DNA of 64,000 nucleotides from the human T2T-CHM13v2.0 reference genome, Homo sapiens. The stretch is taken from the NCBI GenBank assembly GCA_009914755.4, contig CP068257.2:7680001-7744000 (forward strand), given 5' to 3'. The notes beneath the pieces are model-generated. The model ran no database searches and was not told the DNA's origin. It saw nothing but the letters and a program-made list of their open reading frames with translations. The position numbers and the translations under genes are program-made. Position 1 is the stretch's first letter. Every line of letters begins with the position of its first letter. Of the stretch, positions 1-13,999 are shown piece by piece.

Positions 1-44
1 CCCAAGGTGCTGGGATTACAAGCGTGAGCCACTGCGCCCAGCCC
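1..44 (-). mobile_element. Alu element, 5' end only (element continues left of the window on the minus strand)
   Basis: Positions 1-44 (cccaaggtgctgggattacaagcgtgagccactgcgcccagccc) are the reverse complement of the Alu consensus 5' end GGCCGGGCGCGGTGGCTCACGCCTGTAATCCCAGCACTTTGGGAGG. Confidence 0.8.
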
Positions 45-333
45 TCAAGTCTATTTTTTATAGATGCATTCGAAAGCATGAAAACAATCATGCCTCTATT
101 TTACTTTAAAATTTTAAAAACACAACTAATGAATATGGTAATTCTCTTCCAATCCGTTATCTTTTCTCTCACTAAACTAATTTGTGAGCCTTCAATTACA
201 CAGTTAGAAAATATGCTCTAGTGCATATACTAGGATAAAATAACAGGGTCATAAGACAGGTGCACTCCATAATCTTTGTGACAACTTTCACTTCCAGTGT
301 CTGATAAATATTTGCCCATAGACTCCCACGTTT

Positions 334-359
334 CATCCATCCATCCATCCATCAATCAA
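334..359. repeat. Simple repeat (CATC)n / (TCCA)n, followed by a short (TTTA)n at 371-384
   Basis: catccatccatccatccatcaatcaa is read directly; tttatttatttatt lies just downstream. Confidence 0.7.
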
Positions 360-1235
360 ATCTACCTATCTTTATTTATTTATTGTGAGAAAGACCTGAA
401 ATTTGCCTTTCCTTCCCTGATTTCTGCCACAACCTAGGCAAGGAGTTCTGTCTAGGGATTTCTCAGAGCTCCGGCTACCACCGAGGTTCCTAACAGGGAA
501 ACGCAGGCTTGAATGCTCAGGGTTGATGTGGGAGTGCATGTGAAACGGGGGTGGGGTGAAAGGGCAGTGACGTTTGTAGGTGGGCAGATGAGGGTGTTGA
601 TGGGCTTTCAGGTAAGAGGCACAGAGGAACCTGGGAGAGGCAGCGAAAGCACCTCACGCCTCAGATCACCAGAAGACGCTCCCACCAGTGCCATGACAGT
701 TTGCCAATGCCATGGCATCATGAGAAGTCCCCACCCCTTGCCATGGAAACAGATGGAAGTTACTGCCCATTTCTAGCTATTTCTGAATAACCTGCCCCTT
801 AATTAGCATGCCATTAAAAGTGAATTATAAAAATGACTACAAGCCACCCCTAGGCTGCTGCTCTGGGAGCACAACCCACGGAGGGCACCCTGCCCTGCCG
901 GAGTGGATGCAGGGCTGTAACACCGCCAATGCCTCCGTAGAGCTGCTTTCTTCCACCACAGGCTTGCTTTTGGATTTCTTCCTGAGCGACGCCAAGAACC
1001 TGCCCTTCCTCAGTGTGACTCTTGCCTAAAACCTATCCCTGATATTCTCTTTTCCTAAGCATGCCTTGACTTGTTCTTTCATCTCCTCTGATCTTGCAAT
1101 TGGTCCTCAGTGACTCTATTCTGCAGATCCAGAAAACTCAACCTTAATCTTCCCAGAGCCCTGTTGTCTCTAATATTGGAATCTCTAGCCTTGTTTTCTC
1201 AGACGCCTAGATTACAGGCTTCTCTCTTGAACACC

Positions 1236-1470
1236 TATTGGTATGGTATCCGGGGATCCTTTAAATACTTGATGATTGGCAGGGGTTAAATAGCGGAAAT
1301 CAGTGCCTGATAATTCACCTTCCAGGATATGGACTGTCATTCCCTCTCTTGGTGGGCCTCAGTCTCTTATCCATAAAAGTAGAGTATATAATACTCATTT
1401 GAATTGCAGATACCTCAACCCGAACCCACCTAATATAATGTAAAAGCCAAGAATGCAACCCCTTTCTTCA
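1236..1470 (+). mobile_element. Possible MIR (SINE) remnant
   Basis: gggcctcagtctcttatccataaaagtagagtatataatact ... atgtaaaagc resembles the MIR core gagcctcagtttcctcatctgtaaaatggggataataatagtacc ... atgtaaagc. It is degraded and recalled from memory of the consensus only. Confidence 0.3.
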
Positions 1471-1599
1471 CCCCGTGAAGGTAAAGCCCTCAGAGCCAAG
1501 GAGAGAAGGCTCAGGGATGGTATCTGGGTGTTTCCAACGCTAACCATGTATTGTAGTTTTTAGTGTTCAAGTTTAAGCTTCCCCAGCTTTAATTCTATT

Positions 1600-1900
1600 G
1601 TAACAAGATTTATTTTTATAATTCCATTTTTGGATTCTTGATTTCTTGGTGAAGAAGTACAGTTATTTTTGTATACCAATCTTATATAGTGTTACATTCT
1701 TAAATTTGTTCATGAGTCCTAATACTTTTTAGTAAATTTCTTATGATTTTCTAAATGCAAGATCATGTCATCTGTACATAAAGATAACTGTACTTCTTCC
1801 TTTCCAATCTAGATGCTGTTTATTTATTTACATTGCCAACTTGTCCCAGCTACCACTGTTATCAAGTAAAAGGGTCTCACTGCCCAAAGCACAAGAAGCC
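1600..1900 (-). mobile_element. L1 ORF2 (reverse-transcriptase region) fragment, antisense
   Basis: gattttctaaatgcaagatcatgtcatctgtacataaagataactgtacttcttcctttccaatctagatgctgtttatttattt matches the reverse complement of the L1 ORF2 segment encoding ...LFADDMI(V/L)YLENP... (ggttttctagataaacaatcatgtcatctgcaaacagggacaatttgacttcctcttttccgatttggatgccctttatttcttt). The edges are approximate. Confidence 0.5.
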
Positions 1901-1965
1901 AGTACCATGACACTGAGTTTTCAAGAAAAGAAAAAGTTTAAAGTCAAAACAAAACCTAGGGTACA

Positions 1966-2296
<331 letters not shown>

Positions 2297-2689
2297 CTAA
2301 GAGATAAGTGTATAGAAAAAAGCACCTACATCAAAAAAAGTAGAAAAGCTTCAAATAAACAACCTAATAATGCATCTTAAATAATTAGAAAAGCAAGAAC
2401 AAACCAAAACCAAAATTAGTAGAAGGAAACATAGCAAAGGTCGGAGCAGAAATAAATGAAATTGAAATTTAACAATATAAAATATCAATGAAATGAAAAG
2501 TTAATATTTTTAAAAGACCAACAAAATCAACAAACATTTAGCCAGACTAAGAAAAAAGAGAGAAGATTCCAATACATAAAACCAGAATTAAAAAGGAGAC
2601 ACTATAACTGATACTGTGGAAATTCAAAGAATCATTAGAAACTATTATGACCGACTATATTCCAATAAATTGAAAAATCTGGAAGAAAT

Positions 2690-2978
2690 GGCTGGACACC
2701 GTGGCTCATGCCTGTAATCCCAACACTTTGGGAAGCCAAGGCAGGTGATCACCTGAGGTCAGGTGTTCAAGACCAGCCTGGCCAACATGGTGAAACCCCA
2801 TCTCTACTACAAATACAAAAATTAGCCAGGCATGGTGGCATGCACCTGTACTTCCAGCTACTCCAGAGGCTGAGGCAGGAAAATCACATGAACCTGGGAA
2901 GCAGAGGTTGCAGTGAGCTGAGATTGTACCACGAAGCAGCCTGGCTGACAGAGCAAGATTCCATCTCAAAAAAAAAAC
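2690..2978 (+). mobile_element. Full-length Alu (AluS-like) inserted in L1 ORF2, with target-site duplication
   Basis: ggctggacaccgtggctcatgcctgtaatcccaacactttgggaagccaaggcaggtgatcacctgaggtcaggtgttcaagaccagcctggccaacatggtgaaacccc...ccatctcaaaaaaaaaa. The flanks are ggaagaaatg on the 5' side and agaagaaatg on the 3' side. They restore the L1 reading ...KLENLEEMDK... across the insertion. Confidence 0.9.
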
Positions 2979-3192
2979 CTAGAAGAAATGGATAAATGAA
3001 AGTGAAGCCATAATAAAACATCTCCTAACAAAGAAAAGCCTGGATTCAATGGCTTCACTGGCTTCACTGATTAATTTTACCAAACATTGAAGGCAGAATT
3101 ACTATCAATCCTACCCAAACTGTTCCAAAAAACAGAGAAGGCTGCAGTATTTCCAAACTCATCCTATGTAAAAGACCATTCATCACGTCTAA

Positions 3193-3804
3193 GTGGGATT
3201 TATCCCGATGATGCCAACATGGTTCAACATATGCAAATCACTCAATGTGACACATAATATCAGCAGAATGAAGGACAAAAACCATATGATAATTTCAATT
3301 GATGCTGAAAAGCATTTAATAAAATTCAACATCTCTGTGATAAAAAGAAACCCTCAAAAAAAACTAGATATAGAAGGAACATACCACAACACAATAAAAA
3401 CCAAATGCATCAGACCCACAGCCAGTATCATCCTGAACAGGGAAAAGCTGAAAGCCTTTCTTCTACGATCTGGAATAAGACAAGAATGTCCACTTCCAAC
3501 ACTGTTACTCAACATAGTACTGGAAGTCCTAGCTAGAGCAATTCAGGCAAGAGAAAAACAATAAAAGGGATCCAAATTGGAAAGAAGTAAAATTATTACT
3601 GTTTTATTGTTTGCAGATGATTTGATCTTATATTTGGGAAAAACTAAGGATTCCACAAAAAAACAATTAGAACTGATCAACAAATTCAGAGTCAAAACAA
3701 ACAAAATCAAACTACAAAAGTCAGTAGCATTTCTAAATTACAAAAATGAACAATCTAAAGAAGAAAATCAAGAATGTAATCTCATTTACAATAGCTACAA
3801 ATAA
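3193..3804 (+). pseudogene. L1 ORF2p reverse-transcriptase domain remnant (part of the L1 above; frameshifted, non-functional)
   Basis: ORF-track peptides [46 protein letters not shown]...[25 protein letters not shown] and ...LLFADDLILYLGKTKDSTKKQLELINKFRVKTNKIKLQKSVAFL align to the L1 ORF2p sequence [45 protein letters not shown] ... [29 protein letters not shown] ... [41 protein letters not shown]. The two are in different frames and are separated by stops. Confidence 0.8.
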
Positions 3805-4068
3805 AATAAAATAACTGGGAATAAACAAAACAGAAAAAGTGAAAGATCTCTACAATGAAAACTATAAAACATCGACGCAAAAAAATTAAAGAGGACACCA
3901 AAAAAAATGGAAAGATTGTCTATGTTCATTTATTGGAAGAGTAAATATTATTAAAATAACCATACTTCACAAAGCAATCTACAGATTCAATGCAATCCTT
4001 ATTGAAATAGTAAAAACACTCTTCACAGAAATAGAAAAAAAATCCTAAAATTTATATGAAAACATAAG

Positions 4069-7000
4069 AATGGAATGGAATGGAATGCAATGGAATCAAC
4101 CGGAGTTGAATGGAATGGAACGGAATGGAATGGAATGGAATGAAATGGAATGGAAAGGAATGGAATCAAACCGAGTGGAATGGAATGTAATGGAATGGAA
4201 TGGAAAGGCACGGAATGGAATGGAATGGAATGGAATGGAATGGAATGGAATGGAATGGAATGGAATCAACCCGAGTGGAATGGAATGGAATGGAATCAAA
4301 CTGAGTGGAATGGAATGGAATGGAATGCAATGGAATGTAATGGAGTGGAAGGCATTAGAATCAACTGGAATGGAATGGAGTGGAATGGAATGGAATCAAC
4401 GACAGTGGAATGGAATGGAATGGAATGGATAATAATGGAATGGAATGGAATCAATCTGGGTGGAATGGAATGGAATGGAATGCAATGGAATGGAATGGAA
4501 TCAACTCGAGTGGAATGAAATGTAACGTAATGTAATGTAATGGAATGTAATGGAATGGAATAGAATGGAATCAATTCGAGTGCAATATAATGGTATAGAA
4601 TGGAATGGAATGGAATGGAATGGAATGGAATCAACTAGAGTGGAAACGAATGGAAAGGAATGGAATGGAATGGAATGGAATGGAATGGAATGGAATGGAA
4701 TGGAACGGCATGGAATGGAATGGAATGGAGAGGAATCAACCATAGTGGAATGGAGTGCAATGGACTGTAACGGCATGGAATGGAATGGAATGGAGTGGAA
4801 TAAACACGAGTGGAATGGAATGGAATGGAATGGACTGGAATGGAATGGAATGGAATCAACCCGAGTGCAATGGAATGGAATAGAATGGAATGAAATAAAC
4901 ACGAGTGGAAAGGAATGGAATGGAATGGAATGGAATGGAAGAGAATGGAATGGAATCAACTCGAGTGGAAAGGAAAGGAATGGAAAGGAATGGAATGGAA
5001 TGGAAAGGAATGGAATGCAATGGAATGCAATGTTAGGGAATGGAATCAACCCGAGTGGAATGGAATGGAATGGAATGGAATGGAATGCAATGGAATGGAA
5101 TGGAATGGAATGGAATGCAATGGAATGGAATGGAATCAACTCGAGTGGAATGAAATGTAATGTAATGTAATGGAATGGAATGGAATGGAATGGAATGGAA
5201 TGGAATGGAATGGAATCAATTCGATTGCAATGTAATGGTATAGAATGGAATGGAATGGAATGGAATCAACCAGAGTGGAATGGAATGGAATGGAATGGAA
5301 TGGAATGGAATAGAATGGAATGGAATGGAACGGAACGGAATGGAATGGAATGGAATGGAATGGAACGGAACGGCATGGAATGGAATGGAATGGAGTGGAA
5401 TCAACACGAGTGGAATGGAGTGGAATGGACTGTAATGGCATGGAATGGAATGGAATGGAGTGGAATAAACAAAAGTGGAATTGAATGGAATGGAATGGAC
5501 TGCAATCAACCAGAGTGCAATGGAATGGAATAGAATGGAATGGAATGGAATGGAATGAAATAAACACTAGTGGAATGGAATGGAATGGAATGGAAGAGAA
5601 TGGAATGGAATCAACTCGAGTGGAAAGGAATGGAATGGAAAGGAATGGAATGGAATGGAAAGGAATGGAATGCAATGGAATGCAGTGTTATGGAATGGAA
5701 TCAACCCGAGTGGAAGGGAATGGAATGGAATGGAATGGAATGGAATGGAATGCAATGGAATGGAATGCAATGGAATGGACAGGAATGGAATGGAATGGAA
5801 TTCAATGGAATGGAATGGACAGGAATGGAATGGAATGGAATGGAATGGAATGGAATGGAATGGAATGGAATGGAGTGGAATGGACTAGAATGGAATGGAA
5901 TGGAATGAAATCAACCCGATTGGAATGGAATGGAATGCAATGGAATGGAATGGAATCAACTGGAAAGGAATCAAATGGAACGGAATGGAATAGAATGGAA
6001 TGGATTGGAATGGAATGGAATGGATTCAACCTGAGTGGAATGGAATGGAATAAAATGGAATAATGACGAGTGGAATGGAATGGAATGGAATGGAATGGAA
6101 TAGAATGTAGTCAATTCGAGTGCAATGTAATGGTATAGAATGGAATGGAATGGAATGGAATCAACCAGAGTGGAATGGAATGGAAAGGAAAGGAATGGAA
6201 TGGAATTTAATGGAATGGAATGGAACGGAACGGAATGGAATGGAATGGAATGGAATGGAATGGAATGGAACGGCATGGAATGGAATGGAAAGGAATGGAA
6301 TGCAATGGAATGGAATGTAACGGCATGCAATGGAATGGAATGGAGTGGATTCAACCCGAGTGGAATGGAGTGCATTGGACTGTAACGGCATGGAATGGAA
6401 TGGAATGTAGTGGAATAAACACCAGTGGAATGGAATGGAATGGAATGGAATGGACTGGAATCAACCCGAGTGCAATGGAATGGAATAGAATGGAATGGAA
6501 TGGAATGGAATGAAATAAACACGAGTGGAATGTAATGGAATGGAAAGGAATGGAAGAGAATGGAATGGAATCAAATCGAGTGGAAAGGAATGGAATGGAA
6601 AGGAATGGAATGGAATGGAAAGGAATGTAATGCAATGGAATGCAGTGTTATGGAATGGAATCAACCCGAGTGGAATGGAATGGAATGGAATGGAATGGAA
6701 TGGAATGGAATGGAATGGACTGGAATGGAATGGAATGGAATGGAATGGAATGGAATGGAATGGACTGGAATGGAATGGAATGGAATGGAATGGAATGGAA
6801 TGGAATGGAGTGGAATGGACTAGAATGGAATGGAATGGAATGAAATCAACCCGATGGGAACGGAATGGAATGCAATGGAATGGAATGGAATCAACAGGAA
6901 AGGAATCAAATGGAACAGAATGGAATAGAATGGAATGGATTGGAATGGAATGGAATGGAATCAAACCTAGTAGAATGGAATGGAAAGAATGGAATGAACA

Positions 7001-9700
7001 GGAATGGAATGGAATGGAATGGAATGGAATTTAATGGAATGGAATGGAATGGAATGCAATTTAATAGAATGGAATGGAATGGAATGGAATCAAACTGAGT
7101 GGAATGGAATGGAATGGAATGCAATGGAATGTAATGGAGTGGAAGGCATTAGAATCAACTGGAATGGAATGGAGTGGAATGGAATGGAATGGAATGGATA
7201 ATAATGGAATGGAATGGAATCAATCCGGGTGGAATGGAATGGAATGGAATGCAATGGAATGGAATGGAATCAACTCGAGTGGAATGAAATGTAACGTAAT
7301 GTAATGGAATGGAATGGAATGGAATGGAATAGAATGGAATCAATTCGAGTGCAATATAACGGTATAGAATGGAATGGAATGGAATGGAATGGAATGGAAT
7401 GGAATCAACTAGAGTGGAAACGAATTTAAAGGAATGGAATGGAATGGAATGGAATGGAACGGCATGGAATGGAATGGAATGGAGTGGAATCAACCATAGT
7501 GGAATGGAGTGCAATGGACTGTAACGGCATGGAATGGAATGGAATGGAGTGGAATAAACACGAGTGGAATGGAATGGAATGGAACGGACTGGAATGGAAT
7601 GGAATGGAATCAACCCGAGTGCAATGGAATGGAATAGAATGGAATGAAATAAACACGAGTGGTAAGAAATGGAATGGAATGGAATGGAATGGAAGAGAAT
7701 GGATTGGAATCAACTCCAGTGGAAAGGAATGGAATGGAAAGGAATGGAATGGAATGGAAAGGAATGGAATGCAATGGAATGCAATGTTAGGGAATGGAAT
7801 CAACCCGAGTGGAATGGAATGGAATGGAATGGAATGCAATGGAATGGAATGGAATGGAATGGAATGGAATGGAATGGAATCAATTCGAATGCAATGTAAT
7901 GGTATAGAATGGAATGGAATGGAATGGAATGGAATCAACCAGAGTGGAATGGAATGGAAAGGAATGGAATGGAATGGAATGGAATGGAATGTAACAGCAT
8001 GGAATGGAATGGAATGGAGTGGAATCAACCCGAGTGGAATGGAGTGGAATGGACTGTAATGGTCTGGAATGGAATGGAATGGAATGGAGTGGAATAAACA
8101 CAAGTGGAATGGAATGGAATGGAATGGACCGGAATCAACCAGAGTGCAATGGAATGGAATAGAATGGAACGGAATGGAATGGAATGAAAAAAACACGAGT
8201 GGAATGGAATGGAATGGAATGGAATGGAATTCAATGGAATGGAATGGACAGGAATGGAATGGAATGGAGTGGAATGGACTAGAATGGAATGGAAAGGAAT
8301 GAAATCAACCCGATTGGAATGGAATGGAATGCAATGGAATGGAATGGAATCAACTGGAAAGGAATCAAATGGAACGGAATGGAATAGAATGGAATGGATT
8401 GGAATGGAATGGAATGGATTCAACCCGAGTGGAATGGAATGGAATAGAATGGAATAAACACGAGTGGAATGGAATGGAATGGAATGGAATGGAATCAACT
8501 CGAGTGGAATGAAATGTAATGTAATGGAATGGAATGGAATTGAATGGAATAAACACGAGTGGAATGGAATGGAATGGAATGGAATGGAATGGAATGGAAT
8601 AGAATGGAGTCAATTCAAGTGCAATGGAATGGTATAAAATGGAATCGAATGGAATGGAATAAACCAGAGTGGAATGGAATGGAAAGGTATAGAATGGAAT
8701 GGAATGGAATGGAATGGAACGGAATGGAATGGAATGGAATGGAATGTAACGGCATGGAATGGAATGGAATGGAATGGAATGGAATGGAATGGAATGGAAT
8801 GGAACGGCATGCAATGGAATGGAATGGAGTGGAATAAACACGAGTGGAATGGAATGGAATGGAATGGACTGGAATGGAAAGGAATGGAAGAAAATGGAAT
8901 GGAATCAACACGAGTGCAAAGGAATGGAATGGAAAGGAATGGAATGGAATGGAAAGGAATGGAATGCAATGGAATGCAGTGTTATGGAATGGAATCAACC
9001 CGAGTGGAATGGAATGGAATGGAATGGAATGGAGTGGAATGGAATGGAATGGAATGCAATGGAATGGACAGGAATGGAATGGAATGGAATGGAATGGAAT
9101 GGAATAGAATGGAATGGAATAGAGTGGAATGGACTAGAATGGAATGGAATGGAATGAACTCAACCCTATTGGAATGGAATGGAATGCAATGGAATGGAAT
9201 GGAATGGAATCAACTGGTAAGGAAACAAATGGAACAGAATGGAATAGAATGGAATGGATTGTAATGGAATGGAATGGAATCAAACCTAGTAGAATGGAAT
9301 GGAAAGAATGGAATGAACAGGAATGGAATGGAATGGAATGGAATTTAATGGAATGGAATGGAATTTAATAGAATGGAATGGAATGGAATGGAATGGAATG
9401 GAATGGAATGGAATCAACCCGAGTGGAGTGGAATGGAATGGAATGGAAATGAATGGAATAGAATGGAATGGAATGGAACGGAAAGGAATGGAATGAACCC
9501 GAGTGGAATAGAATGGAATGGAATGGAATGGAAAGGCACGGAATGGAATGGAATGGAATGGAATGGAATGGAATGGAATCAACCCGAGTGGAATGGAATG
9601 GAATGGAATCAAACTGAGTGGAATGGAATGGAATGGAATGCAATGGAATGTAATGCAGTGGAAGGCATTAGAATCAACTGGAATGGAATGCAGTGGAATG
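4069..9700 (+). repeat. HSat3 sub-block with about 2.8 kb higher-order periodicity
   Basis: The marker ggaaggcattagaatcaactgg recurs at about 4351, 7141 and 9661. The 'aacggcatgg ... caaccatagtggaatggagtgcaatggactgtaacggcatgg' segment recurs at about 4703 and 7458, an offset of 2755. Confidence 0.55.
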
Positions 9701-12700
9701 GAATGGAATCAACGCCAGTGGAATGGAATGGAATGGAATGGATAATAATAGAATGGAATGGAATAAATCCGGCTGGAATGGAATGGAATGGAATGCAATG
9801 GAATGAAATGGAATCAACTCGAGTGGATTGAAATGTAACGTAATGTAATGGAATGGAATGGAATGGAATGGAATGCAATGGAATGGAATCAATTCGAGTG
9901 CAATATAATGGTATAGAATGGAATGGAATAGAATGGAATGGAATGGAATGGAATCAACCAGAGTGGAATGGAATGGAATGGAATGGAATGGAATGGACTG
10001 TAACGGCATGGAATGCAATGGAATGGAGTGGAATCAACCCGAGTGGAATGGAATGGAATGGACTAACGGCATGGAACGGAATGGAATGGAGTGGAATCAA
10101 ACCGAGAGGAATGGAATGGAATGGAATGGAATGGAATGGAATGGAATGGAATAGAATGGAATCAATTCGAATGCAATGTAATGGTATAGAATGGAATGGA
10201 ATGGAATGGAATCAACCAGAGTGGAATGGAATGGAATGGAATGGAATGGAATGGAATAGAATGTAATGGAATGGAACGGAATGGAACGGAATGGAATGGA
10301 ATGGAATGGAATGGAATGGAATGGAATGGCATGGAATGGAATGGAATGGAGTGGAATCAACCCGAGTGGAATGGAGTGGAATGGACTGTAATGGCATGGA
10401 ATGGAATGGAATGGAGTGGAATAAACACAAGTGGAATGGAATGGAATGGAATGGACTACAATCAACCAGAGTGCAATGGAATGGAATAGAATGGAATGGA
10501 ATGGAATGGAATGAAATAAACACGAGTGGAATGGAATGGAATGGAATGGAAGAGAATGGAATGGAATCAACTCGAGTGGAAAGGAATGGAATGGAAAGGA
10601 ATGGAATGGAATGGAAAGGAATGGAATGCAATGGAATGCAGTGTTATGTAATGGAATCAACCCGAGTGGAATGGAATGGAATGGAATGGAATGGAATGGA
10701 ATGCAATGGAATGGACAGGAGTGGAATGGAATGGAATTCAATGGAATGGAATGGACAGGAATGGAATGGAATGGAATGGAATGGAGTGGAATGGACTAGA
10801 ATGGAATGGAATGGAATGAAATCAACCCGATTGGAATGGAATGGAATGCAATGGAATGGAATGGAATCAACTGGAAAGGAATCAAATGGAACGGAATGGA
10901 ATGGAATGGAATGGAATGGAATGGAATGGAATGGAATGGAATCAACCCTAGTGGAATGGAATGGAATGAAATCAAACTGAGTGGAATGGAAGGGAATGGA
11001 ATGCAATGGAATGTAATGGAGTGGAAGGCATTTGAATCAACTGGAATGGAATGGAAAGGAATGGAATGGAATGGAATCAACCCCAGTGGAATGGAATGGA
11101 ATGGAATGGATTATAATGGAATGGAATGGAATCAATCTGGGTGGAATGGAATGGAATGGAATGGATTATAATGGAATGGAATGGAATCAATCCGGGTGGA
11201 GTGGAATTGAATGGAATGGATTGGAATGGAATGGAATGGAATGGATTGGAATTCAATGTAATGGAAACAACCCGAGTGGAATGTAATGGAATGGAAAGGC
11301 CTGGAATGTAATGGAATGGATTGGAATCAACCGGATTCCAATGCAAAGGAATGGAATGGAATGGAATGGAAGGGAATGGAATGGAATGGAAAGGAATGGA
11401 ATGAACTGTAATGGAATGGAATGGAATGGAATTTAATGGAATGGAATGGAATCAACCCGAGTGGAGTGGAATGGAATGGAATGGAAATGAATGGAATAGA
11501 ATGGAATGGAATGGAACGGAACGGAATGGAAAGAACCCGAGTGGAATGGATTGTAATGGAAATGAATGGAATAGAAGGGAATGGAATGGAATGGAACGGA
11601 ATGGAACGAACCCGAGTGGAATGGATTGGAATGGAATGGAATGGAAAGGAACGGAATGGAATGGATTGGAATGGAATCAACCCGAGTGGAATGGAATGGA
11701 ATGCAATCAAACTGAGTGGAATGGAAGGGAATGGAATGCAATGGAATGTAATGGAGTGGAAGGCATTTGAATCAAATGGAATGGAATGGAATGGAATGGA
11801 ATGGAATCAACCCCAGTGGAATGGATTGGATGGGAATGGATTATAATGGAATGGAATGGAATCAATCCGAGTGGAATGGAATGGAATGGAATGGATTATA
11901 GTTGAATGGAATGGAATCAATCCTTGTGGAATGGAGTGGAATGGAATGGAATAGAAAGGAATGGAATTCAATGTAATGGAAACAAACCGAGTGGAATGTA
12001 ATGGAATGGAAAGGACTGGAATCTAATGGAATGTATTGGAATCAACCTGATTCCAATGCAACGGAATGGAATGGAATGGAATGCAATGGAAGGGAATGGA
12101 ATGGAATGGAAAAGAATGGAATAAACTGGAATTGAATGGAATGGAATGGAATTTAATGGAATGGAATGGAATGGAATGGAATGGAATGGAATCAACCCGA
12201 GTGAAGTGGAATGGAATGCAATGGAAATGAATGGAATGGAATGGAATGGAATGGAATCAACCCGAGTGGAGTGGAATGGAATGCAATGGAAATGAATGGA
12301 ATAGAATGGAATGGAATGCAACGGAACGGAATGGAATGAACCCGAGTGGAATGGAATGGAATAGAATGGAATGGAAAGGCACGAAATGGAATGGAATGGA
12401 ATGGAATGGAATGGAATGGAATGGAATCAACCCGAGTGGAATGGAATGGAATTGAATGGAATCAAACTGAGTGGAATGGAATGGAATGGAATGGAATGGA
12501 ATGGAATGGAGTGGAAGGCATTAGAATCACCTGGAATGGAATGGAATGGAATGGAATGGAATGGAATGGAATCAACCCGAGTGGAATGGAATGGAATGGA
12601 ATCAAACTGAGTGGAAAGGAATGGAATGGAATGGAATGGAATGGAATGGAATGGAATCAACCACAGTGGAATGGAATGGAATGGAACAGATTATAATAGA

Positions 12701-13999
12701 ATGGAATGGAATCAATCCGGGTGGAATGGAATGGAATGGAATGGAATGGAATGGAATGGAATGGAATCAACTCGAGTGGAATGAAATGTAACTTGATGGA
12801 ATGGAATGGAATGGAATGGAATGGAATGGAATGGAATGGAATACAATGGAATCAATTCGAGTGCCATGTAATGGTATAGAATGGAATGGAATGGAATGGA
12901 ATGAAATGGAATGGAATGGAATGGAATGGAATCATCCAGAGTGGAATGGAATGGAATGGAATGGAATGGAATGGAATATATTGGAATGGAATGGAATGGA
13001 ATGGAATGGAATATATTGGAATGGAATGCAACGGAATCAACTGGAATGGAATGGAATGGAATGGAATGGATTATAATGGAATGGAATGGAATCAATCCGG
13101 GTGGAATGGAATGGAATGGAATGGAATGGAATGGAATTCAATGTAATGGAAACAAACCGAGAGGAATGTAATGGAATGGAAAGGACTGGAATGTAATGGA
13201 ATGGATTGGAATCAAACCGATTCCAATGCAACGGAATGGAATGCAATGGAAAGGAAAGAAATCAACCCGAATGGAATGGATTGGAATAGAGTGGAGTGGA
13301 ATGGAATAGAATGGCATGGAATGCAATGAAATCAACTAGAATGGAATGGAATGGAATGGAATGAAAAGGAATGGAATGGAATGGAATGGAATGGAATGGA
13401 ATGGAAAGGAATGGAGTGGAATGGAATGCAATGGAATGAAATCAACCCGATTGGAATGGAATGGAATGCAATGGAATGGAATGGAATCAACTGGAAAGGA
13501 ATCAAATGGAACGGAATCGAATGGAATGGAATGGAATGGAATGGAATGGAATGGAACGGAACGGAATCAACCTCTCTGGAATGGAACGGAATGGAATGGA
13601 TTATAATGGAATGGAATGGAATCAATCCGGGTGGAATGGAATGGAATGCAATGGAATGGACAGGAATGGAATGGAATGGAATTCAATGGAATGGAATGGA
13701 CAGGAATGCAATGGAATGTAATGCAATGGAATGGAATGGAGTGGAATGGACTAGAATGGAATGGAATGGAATGAAATCAACCCGATTGGAATGGAATAGA
13801 ATGCAATGGAATGGAATGGAATCAACTGGAAAGGAATCAAATGGAACGGAATGGAATAGAATGGAATGGATTGGAATGGAAAGGAATGGATTCAACCCGA
13901 GTGGAATGGAATGGAATAGAACGGAATAAACACGAGTGGAATGGAATGGAATGGAATGGAATGGAATGGAATGGAATCAACTCGAGTGGAATGAAATGT

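Noticed and set aside
513-1029. ORFs 513-776 (87 aa) and 808-1029 (73 aa) in the unique flank
   Set aside because: They are short, with no recognisable domain or motif and no splice or coding signal I can support. They are consistent with chance ORFs in GC-moderate intergenic DNA.
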